NCBI GenBank assembly: GCA_038316815.1
Contig: JBBQAW010000001.1
Coordinates: 2,189-66,188 of the forward strand
From: Burkholderiales bacterium
GTDB taxonomy: Bacteria; Pseudomonadota; Gammaproteobacteria; Burkholderiales; Burkholderiaceae_C
DNA length: 64,000 bases
Direction: 5' to 3'
Shown here: piece by piece, positions 1-10,119 of the stretch
Layout of the letters: every line of letters begins with the position of its first letter
Position numbering within the stretch: the first letter of the stretch is position 1
Program-made: the position numbers and the translations under genes
The notes under the pieces: model-generated
Database searches by the model: none
What the model was told of the DNA's origin: nothing
Seen by the model: only the letters and a program-made list of their open reading frames with translations

Positions 1-452
1 CCACCTGGCGCGGATCCGGCGCTGTAGCCTCGTGCGCTGGCGTTGTTTCGTCCATCGCGTCCATCGCGTCCATCGCGCCCTCCTCGCCCTCCTCGTCCAT
101 TCACGCGGCCAAACAAGGACTCAAAGAAATCGCTGAAGTCGGCATCGCCAGCGCCGGCCGTGCCTTCGCCGCCGCGACCGCTGAATTCATAACCGCTGTC
201 CCAACCCGGTGGCGGCTCGAAGGGCTGACCACTGGCTTGCCGCTTGGCGATGTCGTCATAGGCGGCACGGCGTTCGGGGTCGATCAGGGCCTCGTGGGCT
301 TCGGCGACTTCCTTGAAGCGGGCTTCGGCATTCGGCTCTTTGCTGACGTCAGGGTGGTATTTGCGCGCCAGCTTGCGGTACGCGCGCTTGATCTCGTCCT
401 GCGTGGCTGAACGCTCTACACCCAGCGTGACGTAGTAGTCCTTGAATTCCAT
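1..452 (-). CDS. cbpA: DnaJ-class co-chaperone, CbpA-like (5' part; runs off the window edge)
   Basis: Manual minus-strand translation from ATG at 452: [39 protein letters not shown]..., a J-domain with the HPD motif followed by a G/F-rich linker. Absent from the ORF track because it is truncated. Confidence 0.85.
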   Translation of the reverse strand, partial: MEFKDYYVTLGVERSATQDEIKRAYRKLARKYHPDVSKEPNAEARFKEVAEAHEALIDPERRAAYDDIAKRQASGQPFEPPPGWDSGYEFSGRGGEGTAGAGDADFSDFFESLFGRVNGRGGRGGRDGRDGRDGRNNASARGYSAGSAPG

Positions 453-600
453 GCTCAGCTCAGATGTTCACATTAACTCGGGTTCTGTCGATGTGCCCTG
501 GCGCAAACCTTGGTGACTGCGCGACTGCCTTGCGGAGCAACGGCCAAAGACGCCGTTGACGGCTGCGCATCTCATCTTGGCCGTGCGCATTGGAAGCGAC

Positions 601-616
601 GGTACGCTGTCGCACA
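601..616. promoter_or_regulatory. Palindromic box GGTACG-CTGT-CGCACA (candidate Crp/Fnr-paralog site) upstream of cbpA
   Basis: Matches the GTnCG-N4-CGnAC core seen in other intergenic regions of this window. Confidence 0.55.
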
Positions 617-808
617 TAGGCCATAGAAAAAGGGCATTGCGCAGGCGCTTTGTCTGCGGCCCGGCATTGGCTGGCGTTAGGTAGAAATCGTCTGAGGCGC
701 ACGCGGACAGGGTTCGGTCTCGTTGCCCATTGAAGAAGTCGAAGCTGCCCAAGACGATGGGCATCTGGTGCTTCTGGATTGATGACCAGAACCGCCATCG
801 CGAAGCCA

Positions 809-1474
809 TCAGGGGGTCGGTGCCAGATTCAGCCAGATCTCGTTACGCCGCATGAACCAGGGCGTGATGGGAGCGTTGTAGCGCGCGTACACGGGCTCGC
901 CTGTCCAGGCCAAGTTGGCATTTCGCAACGCCGTCTGTAGCTTGGCCAACTGTTCGCCGTTGTTCGATTCAGACCAGAAGCCTGAATAGCGGATGACGGC
1001 CACCTTCAAGGGCGCCACTTCACGCAGTTGGACGCGCGCGTCCAGGGGCTCAGGCGCACTGGCAGCGGTCACGCCCTTGGGCAGCACGAATTGCACGATG
1101 AAGCCACCGGGTGCAGCGGCTTGCGTTACCGGCGCCGTCATCTCCAGCTTTACCGGCGCGGCCGCCTGCGTGACCGGTGCGGTCATGGCGAACTTCCGCT
1201 CGCCCTTGTTCTTGCCGAAGATGTAACCCGCCAGGATGGGGAATGCCTGTCCGCCAGCTTCGCCCACCGGGCCAGCCACCAGCACTTCGGCCACAGCGTA
1301 GCCCGCATACTGGCGCACTTCGACGGTGTCGAGCTGACGTACGACTTCGTAATCGGGTTCTTCAGTGGCTTTGCTGGGCATGGCGAACGCACTCAAAGCA
1401 AGGAACAGCAGAACGGCTTTGCCGGCCAAGACGGCAGGGCAACGCGGTAGTAACTGATAGGCGATATTCATCAA
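809..1474 (-). CDS. SOUL family heme-binding protein (exported)
   Basis: Signal peptide, EEPDYEVV, LAGYIFGKN, MTAPV twice, and C-terminal YNAPITPWFMRRNEI typical of SOUL proteins. Confidence 0.85.
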   Translation of the reverse strand: MMNIAYQLLPRCPAVLAGKAVLLFLALSAFAMPSKATEEPDYEVVRQLDTVEVRQYAGYAVAEVLVAGPVGEAGGQAFPILAGYIFGKNKGERKFAMTAPVTQAAAPVKLEMTAPVTQAAAPGGFIVQFVLPKGVTAASAPEPLDARVQLREVAPLKVAVIRYSGFWSESNNGEQLAKLQTALRNANLAWTGEPVYARYNAPITPWFMRRNEIWLNLAPTP

Positions 1475-1587
1475 GGCAGTTTCTCATTTGCCAACTTGCG
1501 AGCTATGGCCACCGTTGCAACATGGCCACTTTCAGGCAGTTGGCCATGCGACCCATGCGTGTGAAGCGCCAGGCGATGAATCGGCTG

Positions 1588-2469
1588 TCACGCCACGCTG
1601 CCAGCTTTCGGCTTCGGGAAGTCAGCCGCCCGCGCCACCTCTTCGCCGGCTGCGAAGTCTTCTCGCAGGTGCTCAAGTCTGGCCATCGCGCCGTCGAAGG
1701 CGTCGTTGCCAAGCAGCAGGTGGTGCGGCGGCTTGCCTGAAGCCACCGCCGCGACGATGGCCTTGGCCGCGCGCACCGGGTCACCTGGCTGATTGCCAGA
1801 AGAAGCGCGCACAGTTTCCCGAACTTTGCCAGCCGTGGCCATGTAGTCGTCGATCTGCTGCGCACTTTCGTTGGCCGAACGCCCCGCCCAGTCGGTGCGA
1901 AAGCCGCTGGGTTCGACCACCATCACGCGCACGCCCAGCGGCTCGACCTCTTGCCTCAAGGCGGCGGACAAGCCTTCGACGGCAAACTTGCTGGCGTTGT
2001 AGTAGCCCATCGACGGGAAACCGCGCAGCCCCGCCAGTGACGACAGGTTAACGATGCAACCTGAGCGCCGCTTGCGCATGCCGGGCAGAACGGCCCAGAT
2101 CATGCGGCCGGTACCGAAGACGTTGACGTCGAACATCTTGCGCACTTCGTCTTCTTCGCTTTCTTCGACGGCAGCAAAGTAGCCAATGCCGGCGTTGTTC
2201 ACCAGCACGTCGATGTGGCCAAAGCGGGCCTCGGTGGCTTTGATGGCGTCCGCTGCCTGCTCGGGCTCGGTCACGTCGAGCTTGAGAACCAGCACCTTGT
2301 CGGTGGCGCCAAAGCCTTGCAGCTTCGACGGGTCGCGCGCGGTGACGACGGTCCGGTAGCCGTGCTCGATGGCTTGTTTGGCCAATTCAAAACCGAAGCC
2401 GGTAGAGCAACCGGTAATGAACCAGACCGGCGGTTCGGTGACGAGAGACTTGCTCGGTGTAGTAATCAT
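1588..2469 (-). CDS. Short-chain dehydrogenase/reductase
   Basis: WFITGCSTGFG, NNAG and YNASK motifs; start taken at MITTPSK. Confidence 0.9.
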   Translation of the reverse strand: MITTPSKSLVTEPPVWFITGCSTGFGFELAKQAIEHGYRTVVTARDPSKLQGFGATDKVLVLKLDVTEPEQAADAIKATEARFGHIDVLVNNAGIGYFAAVEESEEDEVRKMFDVNVFGTGRMIWAVLPGMRKRRSGCIVNLSSLAGLRGFPSMGYYNASKFAVEGLSAALRQEVEPLGVRVMVVEPSGFRTDWAGRSANESAQQIDDYMATAGKVRETVRASSGNQPGDPVRAAKAIVAAVASGKPPHHLLLGNDAFDGAMARLEHLREDFAAGEEVARAADFPKPKAGSVA

Positions 2470-2485
2470 GGGGTTTCCTTTGACT

Positions 2486-3868
2486 TCAAACTGGCGCAGG
2501 TATATGCGCGGTGCGAACCAGTTTCTTGTTGACGAATTCCTGTATGCCCATCTTGCCCAGTTCACGCCCATAGCCTGAGTGCTTGATGCCGCCGAAAGGC
2601 AGTTCAGCATCGGTCCAGTCGAGGTTGTTGACGAACATCATTCCGGTGTTCACGCGGCTGGCCACGCGCTTGCCACGGGCTTCGTCTCGTGTCCACACCG
2701 AGCCGGCCAGTCCGAAGTCGCTGTCGTTGGCCAGTGCAATGGCTTCGTCTTCAGTCTTCGCGCGGAAAAACGAAACCACAGGGCCGAAGAACTCATCACG
2801 AAATGCAGGGTTGTCAGGGTGGATGTCGGTCAGGATCGTCGCTTGCATGAACCAGCCTGGGCGCGCCATGCGCTTGCCGCCCATCAGTAACTTGGCGCCA
2901 CCCTTCACCGCCGTGTCGATCTGCGCCAGCAGGTTCAGCAATGCAGCCTCTGTGGACAGCGGGCCCTGCGTGGTCGCTTCAAGCATCGGGTCGCCAGGCT
3001 TGAGCGCCTCGAGCCCCGCCTTCAGCTTGGCCAGAAACTCGTCGGCCACGGCATCGAGCACGATGAAGCGCTTGGCAGCGCAGCAGGTCTGGCCGCCGTT
3101 GTACATGCGGCCCCACAAGGCCCATGCAACGGTCTTGTCCATGTGGGCATCTTCAAGCACGATGAATGCGTCGGTGCCGCCCAGTTCCATGGTGGACTTC
3201 TTCAAGTTACGGCCAGCGCGGGCGGCAACGTTGCGTCCGGCAGACATGCCGCCGGTCAACGCCACGCCCTGAATACGCGCGTCGTCGATCACCTGGTCGG
3301 ACTGTTCATGAGAGATGAACAGGTTCGTGTAGGCGCCCGCGGGCGCGCCTGCGTTGTGCAACAAATCTTCGAACGCCATGGCGCACTGCGGCACGCAGCC
3401 AGCATGCTTGACTACCAGCACATTGCCGGCCATCAGTTGCGGCCCGGCGACACGCGCCAGCTGGTAGTACGGAAAGTTCCATGGCTCGATGCAGAAAAGC
3501 ACACCCAGCGGCGAACTTTCCATGTGCGCTTCGCCAAGCTTGGGGTGCAGTTTGGTCGGCGCGAGAAATTCCTCGGCATGCTTGGCGTAATAGGCCAGGA
3601 TGTCGGCGCTGAACAGAACCTCGCCGCGCGCTTCGTTGATGCGCTTGCCCATCTCCAACGTTTCGAGTTTGGCAAAGTCATCGACATGGGCGCGCAGCAA
3701 TTCAGCCGCCTTGTTCAGCACAACCGCGCGCTCAGCGTACTTCTTGTGCTTCCAGGTAAGGAAGCACTTCTCAGACGCAACCAGGGCTTTCTCTAGCTGT
3801 GCGGGGCTCATGTGCTCGAAGCTTTTAAGCACTTTGCCGTTATTGGGATTCACGCTTTGGTAAGCCAT
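2486..3868 (-). CDS. NAD(P)-dependent aldehyde dehydrogenase, succinate-semialdehyde dehydrogenase (Sad/GabD-like) subfamily
   Basis: PWNFPYYQLAR, MELGG, catalytic GQTCCA, EFFGPV and PFGGIKHSGYGRE. Confidence 0.85.
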   Translation of the reverse strand: MAYQSVNPNNGKVLKSFEHMSPAQLEKALVASEKCFLTWKHKKYAERAVVLNKAAELLRAHVDDFAKLETLEMGKRINEARGEVLFSADILAYYAKHAEEFLAPTKLHPKLGEAHMESSPLGVLFCIEPWNFPYYQLARVAGPQLMAGNVLVVKHAGCVPQCAMAFEDLLHNAGAPAGAYTNLFISHEQSDQVIDDARIQGVALTGGMSAGRNVAARAGRNLKKSTMELGGTDAFIVLEDAHMDKTVAWALWGRMYNGGQTCCAAKRFIVLDAVADEFLAKLKAGLEALKPGDPMLEATTQGPLSTEAALLNLLAQIDTAVKGGAKLLMGGKRMARPGWFMQATILTDIHPDNPAFRDEFFGPVVSFFRAKTEDEAIALANDSDFGLAGSVWTRDEARGKRVASRVNTGMMFVNNLDWTDAELPFGGIKHSGYGRELGKMGIQEFVNKKLVRTAHIPAPV

Positions 3869-4008
3869 GGCAATGCTCTCCTTGTGACGGGTGGCTCGGG
3901 CCACCAATGCGGGATCGTGGGTGTACTGCGCGCCGGGCCCAACCCCGGGGCCAACCCCGGGGCCAGTTGCCTTGAACGCCTAGCATGCGCGCTGCATGTC
4001 AGTTGGTC

Positions 4009-4024
4009 TGTACGGTGGCGAACC
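4009..4024. promoter_or_regulatory. Palindromic box TGTACG-GTGG-CGAACC upstream of the ALDH-SDR genes
   Basis: Same GTnCG-N4-CGnAC core; on the coding (minus) strand it ends ACAGAC like several other copies. Confidence 0.55.
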
Positions 4025-4056
4025 CCGGGCAGCATCCCTTCAATCCGCGATGACCT

Positions 4057-5523
4057 TCAGAGCTTTTCGTCCCGCAACCAGTACCACTTGTAAAGCATGC
4101 GCTGGCCCAGGCGCCGAAACGGCGCCCACACCGGCGAACGCAGGCTGCCCAGCATGTTCGGGTACTCCAGTGGCGAGTCGTAGATCGGCAGCTTGAACAC
4201 GGCATCGCCGCCATCCTTGCCGGCCACACGTTCGGCCAGCCGCTTGCCGGCCCAGGTGGAAAAAGACACGCCGTTGCCGCCGTAACCCAGGGCATGCCAG
4301 ACGGTCTGCGCCGGGTCGGGTTGGGTGATGCGCGGCATCATGTCGTGGCTCACGTCGACCCAGCCCCACCACGAGTAGTCGATCTGGATACCGGCCAAGG
4401 GCGGGAATTTGCGCGCGATGGCGTCGGTCAGCAACTTCAGATGCCCGGGCTCTTCAGCCTCTGCGCCGGTGACCGAGCTTCGGCTGCCGATCTGCAGACG
4501 CTTGTCTTTCAGCAGCCGGTAGTAGAAGCGCAGAGTTCGGGTGTCGGTCAGGAAAGTGTGTGAACGGAAGTGGGTCGCCTTCAATTCGGCGTCGGTCAAG
4601 GGTCGGGTGACGACAGAATTTGACAGGATCGGCATCAGCTTGTTGCGCAGCATCGGGTTCAGCCCCTGCCCCGTATAGCCGCCGGTGCAGACCGCCACGC
4701 GTCTGGCCCGCACCGTGCCGCCGGGCGTGCGCAGATGGTGCACGCCGCCCGTCGTCTGCCAGCCCTGCACGGGGCTGGCAGGATGCACCGTCACACCCAG
4801 CGCGCGTGCCTTGGCCATCAGGCCGAAGGTGAACTTGAGCGGGTGGATGCCGATGCCTTCCTGTTCCAGCAAAGCCCCTGCGGCTTCGCGTTCGTCGCAG
4901 TAATCGCGGCGCAATTCTTCCGCGCTGAGAATGCGCGTGTCGTAGCCGAAGGCTTCACGCCTTACCCGCGCTTCGTTACGCAGGTAGGCCATCTTCTGCG
5001 GGCGATGCGCCACGTACAGGTGCCCGCCTTCGAATGCATCGCAATCGATCTCGTGCGTGAGCTGGCGAAAGTTCTCGAAGCCGGTGCGAATCTCGCGGTC
5101 CAACTGCTGCGCCACATCCAGCCCCCAGCGCGCGATCCACTGCGTGCGCGTCAAACGGCCGCTAGCGTTCTGCCCCTGTCCGCCGCTGCGGCTGGAACAA
5201 CCCCAGGCCACCTGGTTTGCTTCCAGCACCACGGCCCGTATGCCATGTTCCTGCGCGAGGTAGAGCGCGGTAGAGATGCCGGTCGAGCCCGAGCCGATGA
5301 CGACGATGTCGGCGTCCATGTCGCCGCGCACCGGGCCGTCGTCCGCCGGCGGCGCACCTGCGCTGGCCACCCAGTAGGTGGGCGCATAGGCCCGCCCGGA
5401 ACCGGGTGTCGGGGCCACAAGCGGGTCGTACTGCGGGTCGTATTGCGGGACGTACTGCGGGTCGTCGCGCCGGTCCGCCGGGGGCGTCTGGGCGGTGAAG
5501 GACAGGGGCTGGGGTGACGGCAT
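4057..5523 (-). CDS. tauY: FAD-dependent oxidoreductase (DAO family), probable taurine dehydrogenase large subunit
   Basis: VIGSGSTG FAD motif, N-terminal YDPLV..PG.GRAYAPTYW and GYGGNGV; paired with a SnoaL-like small gene inside a sulfonate cluster. Confidence 0.75.
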   Translation of the reverse strand: MPSPQPLSFTAQTPPADRRDDPQYVPQYDPQYDPLVAPTPGSGRAYAPTYWVASAGAPPADDGPVRGDMDADIVVIGSGSTGISTALYLAQEHGIRAVVLEANQVAWGCSSRSGGQGQNASGRLTRTQWIARWGLDVAQQLDREIRTGFENFRQLTHEIDCDAFEGGHLYVAHRPQKMAYLRNEARVRREAFGYDTRILSAEELRRDYCDEREAAGALLEQEGIGIHPLKFTFGLMAKARALGVTVHPASPVQGWQTTGGVHHLRTPGGTVRARRVAVCTGGYTGQGLNPMLRNKLMPILSNSVVTRPLTDAELKATHFRSHTFLTDTRTLRFYYRLLKDKRLQIGSRSSVTGAEAEEPGHLKLLTDAIARKFPPLAGIQIDYSWWGWVDVSHDMMPRITQPDPAQTVWHALGYGGNGVSFSTWAGKRLAERVAGKDGGDAVFKLPIYDSPLEYPNMLGSLRSPVWAPFRRLGQRMLYKWYWLRDEKL

Positions 5524-5535
5524 AACGGTGCGCTC

Positions 5536-5937
5536 CTACTTGGCGGCGGGCAGGTTGGGCCGGTTCTTGCGAAACACGTTCTTCACCGCGATCTTGCCGT
5601 TGCGGAAGGTGAAGATATCGACCCCGTCGCACTCGATGCGGCTGCCATCGGCGGCAGTGGCCGTGAAGGTCCACTCAGACACCCCGAAGTCGCCTTGTAC
5701 GAAATGCCGCGCATGGCGCCACTGCGCGTCGGGCGACGCCAACCAAGGGGCAGGAAAGGCCTTGCGCACCGCCGCTGTCCCCGCGTGGCGTGTGCCGCAG
5801 GCGTCTGGACCGGCGGCAGTCAGGAATTCGCAGTCCTCAGTCATGAAGGACATCAGTGCCTCGATGTCGTGGCGGTTCCAGGCCGCGCTGAAGGCTTCCA
5901 GCGTGGCCACGGTGACGGGTGCGATGGTCGAGCTCAT
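5536..5937 (-). CDS. tauX: SnoaL/NTF2-like protein, probable taurine dehydrogenase small subunit
   Basis: AWNRHDIEALMSFMTEDC...GVSEWTF...GVDIFTFRNGKIAVKNVFRK; immediately upstream of the tauY-like gene. Confidence 0.7.
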   Translation of the reverse strand: MSSTIAPVTVATLEAFSAAWNRHDIEALMSFMTEDCEFLTAAGPDACGTRHAGTAAVRKAFPAPWLASPDAQWRHARHFVQGDFGVSEWTFTATAADGSRIECDGVDIFTFRNGKIAVKNVFRKNRPNLPAAK

Positions 5938-5954
5938 GGGGTTTCCTTGTTCAT

Positions 5955-6025
5955 GGATCTGATCTGATCTGATCATCCAGTCAATGGCCAATCAATGGCC
6001 AATCAATGGTCATTCAATGGTCAAT
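5955..6025. repeat. Intergenic micro-repeats: (GATCT)n, then 11-bp TCAATGGCCAA about x4
   Basis: Read directly from the sequence. Confidence 0.8.
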
Positions 6026-6047
6026 CGCGCTCGAATCCGAGCCGGGT

Positions 6048-7595
6048 TCAATCGGTGGCGTCCAGCAGCCTCAGCCGCTGCACCTTGCCCGACGGCCCGC
6101 GTGGCAAGCTGCTGACAAAGCGAAACACCTTGGGCGTCTTGTAGCGCCCCAGCGTGGCCACGCAATGCTGGCGCAGCACTTCTTCGTTGCAGGGCACGCC
6201 CGCGCGCAGCACGACGCAGACCAGGATTTCCTGGCCGTAGTGGGGGTCCGGCATACCCACCGCCGCTGCTTCCAGCACGGCCGGGTGCAGGCCCACGGCC
6301 TCGTCGATTTCACGCGGGGCGATATTCTCGCCGCCCTTGATGATCAGTTCCTTGATGCGACCAGTGACGAAGAAGAAACCATCGCCATCGCGGTGCCCCA
6401 GGTCGCCGGTGCGCAGCCAGCCAGCGGGCGTGAAGGCCGCGGCGGTGGCTGCTTCGTTCTTGTAGTAGCCGCGCATCACGTGCGGGCCGCGGATGACGAT
6501 CTCGCCCGTTGTGCCGTCGGCCACCGGCTGCAGCGCGGCGTCCACCACGTGCGCTTCGCCGCCCGACACGCGACCCACCGAACCCAGCTTGCGCAGCGCC
6601 GGCGCCAGGGGGTTGCTGAACGACGGGGCCACCGTCTCGGTCAGGCCCATGGTCTCGATGATGCCGATGCCGAACTTCGCTTCGAAGGCCTGGTGGTGAT
6701 CAGGCGCCAGCGCCGACGACGCAGAGCGGCAGAAGCGGATGCCCCGCAGCGCCTGGCGCGGCGGGGCGGCGCCTTCCAGCAGGTACGAGATCATCGTCGG
6801 CACCACGTTGATCCAGGTGCAGTGCAGGCCGGTGGCCTCGGCCCAGAACTGTGCGGTGGAAAACCGCGGCGGCATCGCCAGGCTGCCGCCATGCGCCAGC
6901 GGCGCCAGCATCGTCACCGCGAAAGCGTTGATGTGATACAGCGGCAGCACCGCCAGCACGCGGTCTTGCGGGCCGAGTGCGTGCTCGGTGCTGATGGCGT
7001 GCGCATTGGCCACCAGGTTGGCTTGGGTTAGCAACACGCCCTTGGGCACACCGGTAGTGCCGGATGTGTACATCAACAGCGCCGTGGCATCGGATTGCGG
7101 CGCGGGCCAGGGGTGTGACTGTTCGGCTGCGGGCAGCGCGGTGTGCAGCGCAGTGTGCAGCGCAATGCGCAGCGCTGCCGCATCGCCATCGGGCGCCAGC
7201 ACCACCAGCGCCACGCGGCGCGGCAGACCGTCGAGGACGACCAGCACGCGCTCGGCCCAATCCGGCGCGGCCAGCACCAGCTTGCAGTCGGAATGCTCCA
7301 GCACGTAGCGCATCTGCTCGGGCTGCGACAGCAGGTTCACCGGGTTCACCACCAAGCCAGCGTAAAGGCCGCCCAGCAGCAGCCGCAAGGTCTGCAGTCC
7401 GTTGGGCAGCACGAGGCTGACGGTGTCACCCGGCTGCAGGCCCAAACGCTGCCAGGCCGCCTGCAGGTGCTGGCAGTCCTGCAGCAATTCGCCGAAGTGC
7501 AATTGCTGCGCACCGTCGGCCGACAGCGCGTAGACGGCCTCGGGCCGGGCGGCCGCCTGCTGCGTGATCAGGCCCTGCACCGTACCCGCCATCAC
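6048..7595 (-). CDS. sauT: Acyl-CoA synthetase, probable sulfoacetate-CoA ligase
   Basis: YTSGTTGVPKG AMP-binding motif, MGLTE, TGDLG and GKVQR; overlaps the stop of the sauS-like gene. Confidence 0.7.
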   Translation of the reverse strand: MMAGTVQGLITQQAAARPEAVYALSADGAQQLHFGELLQDCQHLQAAWQRLGLQPGDTVSLVLPNGLQTLRLLLGGLYAGLVVNPVNLLSQPEQMRYVLEHSDCKLVLAAPDWAERVLVVLDGLPRRVALVVLAPDGDAAALRIALHTALHTALPAAEQSHPWPAPQSDATALLMYTSGTTGVPKGVLLTQANLVANAHAISTEHALGPQDRVLAVLPLYHINAFAVTMLAPLAHGGSLAMPPRFSTAQFWAEATGLHCTWINVVPTMISYLLEGAAPPRQALRGIRFCRSASSALAPDHHQAFEAKFGIGIIETMGLTETVAPSFSNPLAPALRKLGSVGRVSGGEAHVVDAALQPVADGTTGEIVIRGPHVMRGYYKNEAATAAAFTPAGWLRTGDLGHRDGDGFFFVTGRIKELIIKGGENIAPREIDEAVGLHPAVLEAAAVGMPDPHYGQEILVCVVLRAGVPCNEEVLRQHCVATLGRYKTPKVFRFVSSLPRGPSGKVQRLRLLDATD

Positions 7596-9139
7596 GACTT
7601 GCCGCAGGCAGCGAAGAAACGGCCGAAGATGGCGTCTTCCGTCGGCACGTGTTCAGCAATGGGCCGTGACACCCGCGTGATGTTCAGGTAGTGCCGGTAC
7701 GTCATGCTGTCAGAAAAATTGTTGCGCCCCCAGGTGCCGCAACCCATCGACAGCGAGAACGGCAACCCGTTGTCGAAGCTGCCGCCGGTGGCGATGCAGT
7801 GCGCCTGGTTCACGATGACGCGCGACACCGGCAGCGTCAGCCCCAGGTCCAGGGCCCGCGACTCGAGCGCCGTGTTCAGCCCCACCGAATGGCCAGCGCC
7901 TTCGAAAGCATAGATGCGCGCCACCATCGCGCTGGCGGCCGCAAAGTCGGGCACCGTGTACAGCGTCAGCACGGGGCACAGCTTTTCGCCAGAGAACGGG
8001 TGCTCGTGGCCGACGCCCGATTCATCCACCAGCAGGATGCGCGGCTTCGCCGCGGCAATGGCGCGCCAAGCCGCGACATCCGCGCCGGGCAACTGCTCCG
8101 CATGTTCGGCAATGGCGGCGGCCGATTGCCCGGTGACGGCCTGCGACAGCTTGCCCTCGGGCCACATCAGCCCGGCCAGCGTGGCCTTCTGCGCAGCATC
8201 CAGCGACACAGCCCCGCGCGCAGCCAATGCCGCCAGCAACGGTGCGCGCACGGCTTGCACCACCACCAGGCTGTTCTCGGAACTGCAACTGGTGGCGTTG
8301 TCGAAAGTCTTGCTGCGCAAGATGCGTTCAGCCGCCTGCTCGACGTCGGCGCTTTCATCCACGATGCCCGCCACATTGCCCGCACCCACGCCGAAGGCTG
8401 GCGTGCCGCTGGCATAGGCCGCGCGCACGTTGGCCTGCGAGCCGGTGGCCACCACCAGGTCGCACTGGCGCATCAGTTCCAGCGTGCTGCGCTTGCTGAC
8501 CGGCGCGGGCAGCAACTGCACCAGGCCCTGCGCCATCTCGGCCGACATGCCCGCCTTCTGCAACTGCTGGTGGATGAAGCCGATCAGGCGTTCGCAGGTG
8601 CTCCAGCCTTTGGGCGATGGCGCCACGATCACCGCGTTGCGGCCCTTCAGCGCGTTGATGATCTTGTTGGCCGGCGTGGCGCCAGGGTTGGTAGACGGCG
8701 TCACGGCGCACACCACGCCCACAGGCCGCGCGATCTCGATGATGCCTTTCTCGGCGTCCTCGGCAATCACGCCCACCGAACGCGCGCCCTGCAAATCGCG
8801 CAGCAGACCCAGCGTCTTGCGGTGGTTCTTGCGGACCTTGTCCGGCACGTTGCCGATGCCGGTGGTCTGCACCGCCAGTTCGGCCAGTTCGCGGTTGCGC
8901 CCGGGTTCGATGATGGCCCAGCCGGCCGCGACCACGGCCATGTCCACCTGCTCTTGCGACCAGTTTTCATAGCCGCGCTGGGCGCTGCGCGCGCGCTCGA
9001 CGAGCGCAGCAACCGCTATCACTGGGTCATCGGTGGCGTGCACCGCCGCGGTGTGGCTATTCGCGCTCAAGGTGTCCTTCTCGGTGTGGTTCGCGGTGTC
9101 GTTCGCGGTGTCGTTCGCATCAGGGCGAAGAAACTTCAT
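7592..9139 (-). CDS. sauS: CoA-acylating aldehyde dehydrogenase, probable sulfoacetaldehyde dehydrogenase (acylating)
   Basis: TPSTNP, GVGAGN, catalytic KTFDNATSCSSENS, GEKL and SLSMGCGTWG; context next to a CoA ligase and xsc. Confidence 0.8.
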   Translation of the reverse strand: MKFLRPDANDTANDTANHTEKDTLSANSHTAAVHATDDPVIAVAALVERARSAQRGYENWSQEQVDMAVVAAGWAIIEPGRNRELAELAVQTTGIGNVPDKVRKNHRKTLGLLRDLQGARSVGVIAEDAEKGIIEIARPVGVVCAVTPSTNPGATPANKIINALKGRNAVIVAPSPKGWSTCERLIGFIHQQLQKAGMSAEMAQGLVQLLPAPVSKRSTLELMRQCDLVVATGSQANVRAAYASGTPAFGVGAGNVAGIVDESADVEQAAERILRSKTFDNATSCSSENSLVVVQAVRAPLLAALAARGAVSLDAAQKATLAGLMWPEGKLSQAVTGQSAAAIAEHAEQLPGADVAAWRAIAAAKPRILLVDESGVGHEHPFSGEKLCPVLTLYTVPDFAAASAMVARIYAFEGAGHSVGLNTALESRALDLGLTLPVSRVIVNQAHCIATGGSFDNGLPFSLSMGCGTWGRNNFSDSMTYRHYLNITRVSRPIAEHVPTEDAIFGRFFAACGKS

Positions 9140-10119
9140 TCCAGCTGGATGTTCGCGTCCTTGGCCAGCTTGGCCCAGCGAACCAGTTCGGCATCGACCA
9201 CGCGGCCCAGGGTCTCGGGCGTGCCGCCCACGGCTTCGGCACCTTGCGCCAGCAGCTTGTCGCGGATGTCAGGCTCTTTGACGATGCTGTTCAACGCCTG
9301 GTTCAGCTTGTCCACCACCGCGCGCGGTGTCTTGGCCGGCACGAACATGGCGTACCAGCTGTCGACCTCGAAGTCGGCAACACCGGCTTCCTGCATCGTG
9401 GACACGTTCGGGAAGGCGGCGCTGCGCGTGACGGTGGACACCGCCAGCGCCTTCAGCTTGCCGGTCTTGACGAACTGCGCCGCGGCAGGGATGGACACCC
9501 ACAGCAGCGGCACCTGCCCGCCCATCACGTCGGTGACGGCCGGGCCGCCGCCGCGGTAGGGCACGTGTGTCAGCTGGGCGCCAGTGCGCAGCTTGTACAG
9601 CTCGCCGGCCAGGTGCCCGGGTGACCCGTTGCCCACCGATGCGTACGCGATGCTGCCGGGTTTGGCTTTGGCCAGGGCCGTCAGTTCGGCCACCGTGTTG
9701 GCGGCGAACTGCGGGTTTGCCACCAGAATTTGCGGCAGCGACGCCACCGTGCCCACCGGCGCGAAGTCCTTCACCGTATTGAAAGGCAGCTTCGGGTAGA
9801 TGGCCGGGTTGATGGTGTGCGAAGACAGCGTGAACAGCACCGTGTAGCCATCGGCCGGCGCCTTGGCCACCACGTCGGTGCCCAGTGAACCAGCGGCACC
9901 GCCGCGGTTTTCGATGACGACCGGCTGCCCGAGCGCGGCCTGGAAACGTTCCTGCACGATGCGCGCGATGACGTCGGTGCCGCCACCCGGCGGATAGGGC
10001 ACGACGAAGCGCACCGGCTTGTCTGGCCAGCCTTGTGCAAAGGCGCCCAGCGGCAGGGCGGTGGCGGCGGCACCCGCCAGCAGGGTCAGGCCGAATCGAC
10101 GACGGTCAGGCAGTTTCAT
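9136..10119 (-). CDS. Bug/TctC tripartite tricarboxylate transporter substrate-binding protein
   Basis: Twin-Arg-like signal RRRFG, VPYPPGGGTD, ENRGGAAG and HVPYRGGGPA. Confidence 0.92.
   Translation of the reverse strand: MKLPDRRRFGLTLLAGAAATALPLGAFAQGWPDKPVRFVVPYPPGGGTDVIARIVQERFQAALGQPVVIENRGGAAGSLGTDVVAKAPADGYTVLFTLSSHTINPAIYPKLPFNTVKDFAPVGTVASLPQILVANPQFAANTVAELTALAKAKPGSIAYASVGNGSPGHLAGELYKLRTGAQLTHVPYRGGGPAVTDVMGGQVPLLWVSIPAAAQFVKTGKLKALAVSTVTRSAAFPNVSTMQEAGVADFEVDSWYAMFVPAKTPRAVVDKLNQALNSIVKEPDIRDKLLAQGAEAVGGTPETLGRVVDAELVRWAKLAKDANIQLE

Noticed and set aside
460-809. Two overlapping ORFs of about 112 aa between SOUL and cbpA
   Set aside because: No recognisable family, and the region contains the candidate regulatory box for cbpA; a gene remnant cannot be excluded.
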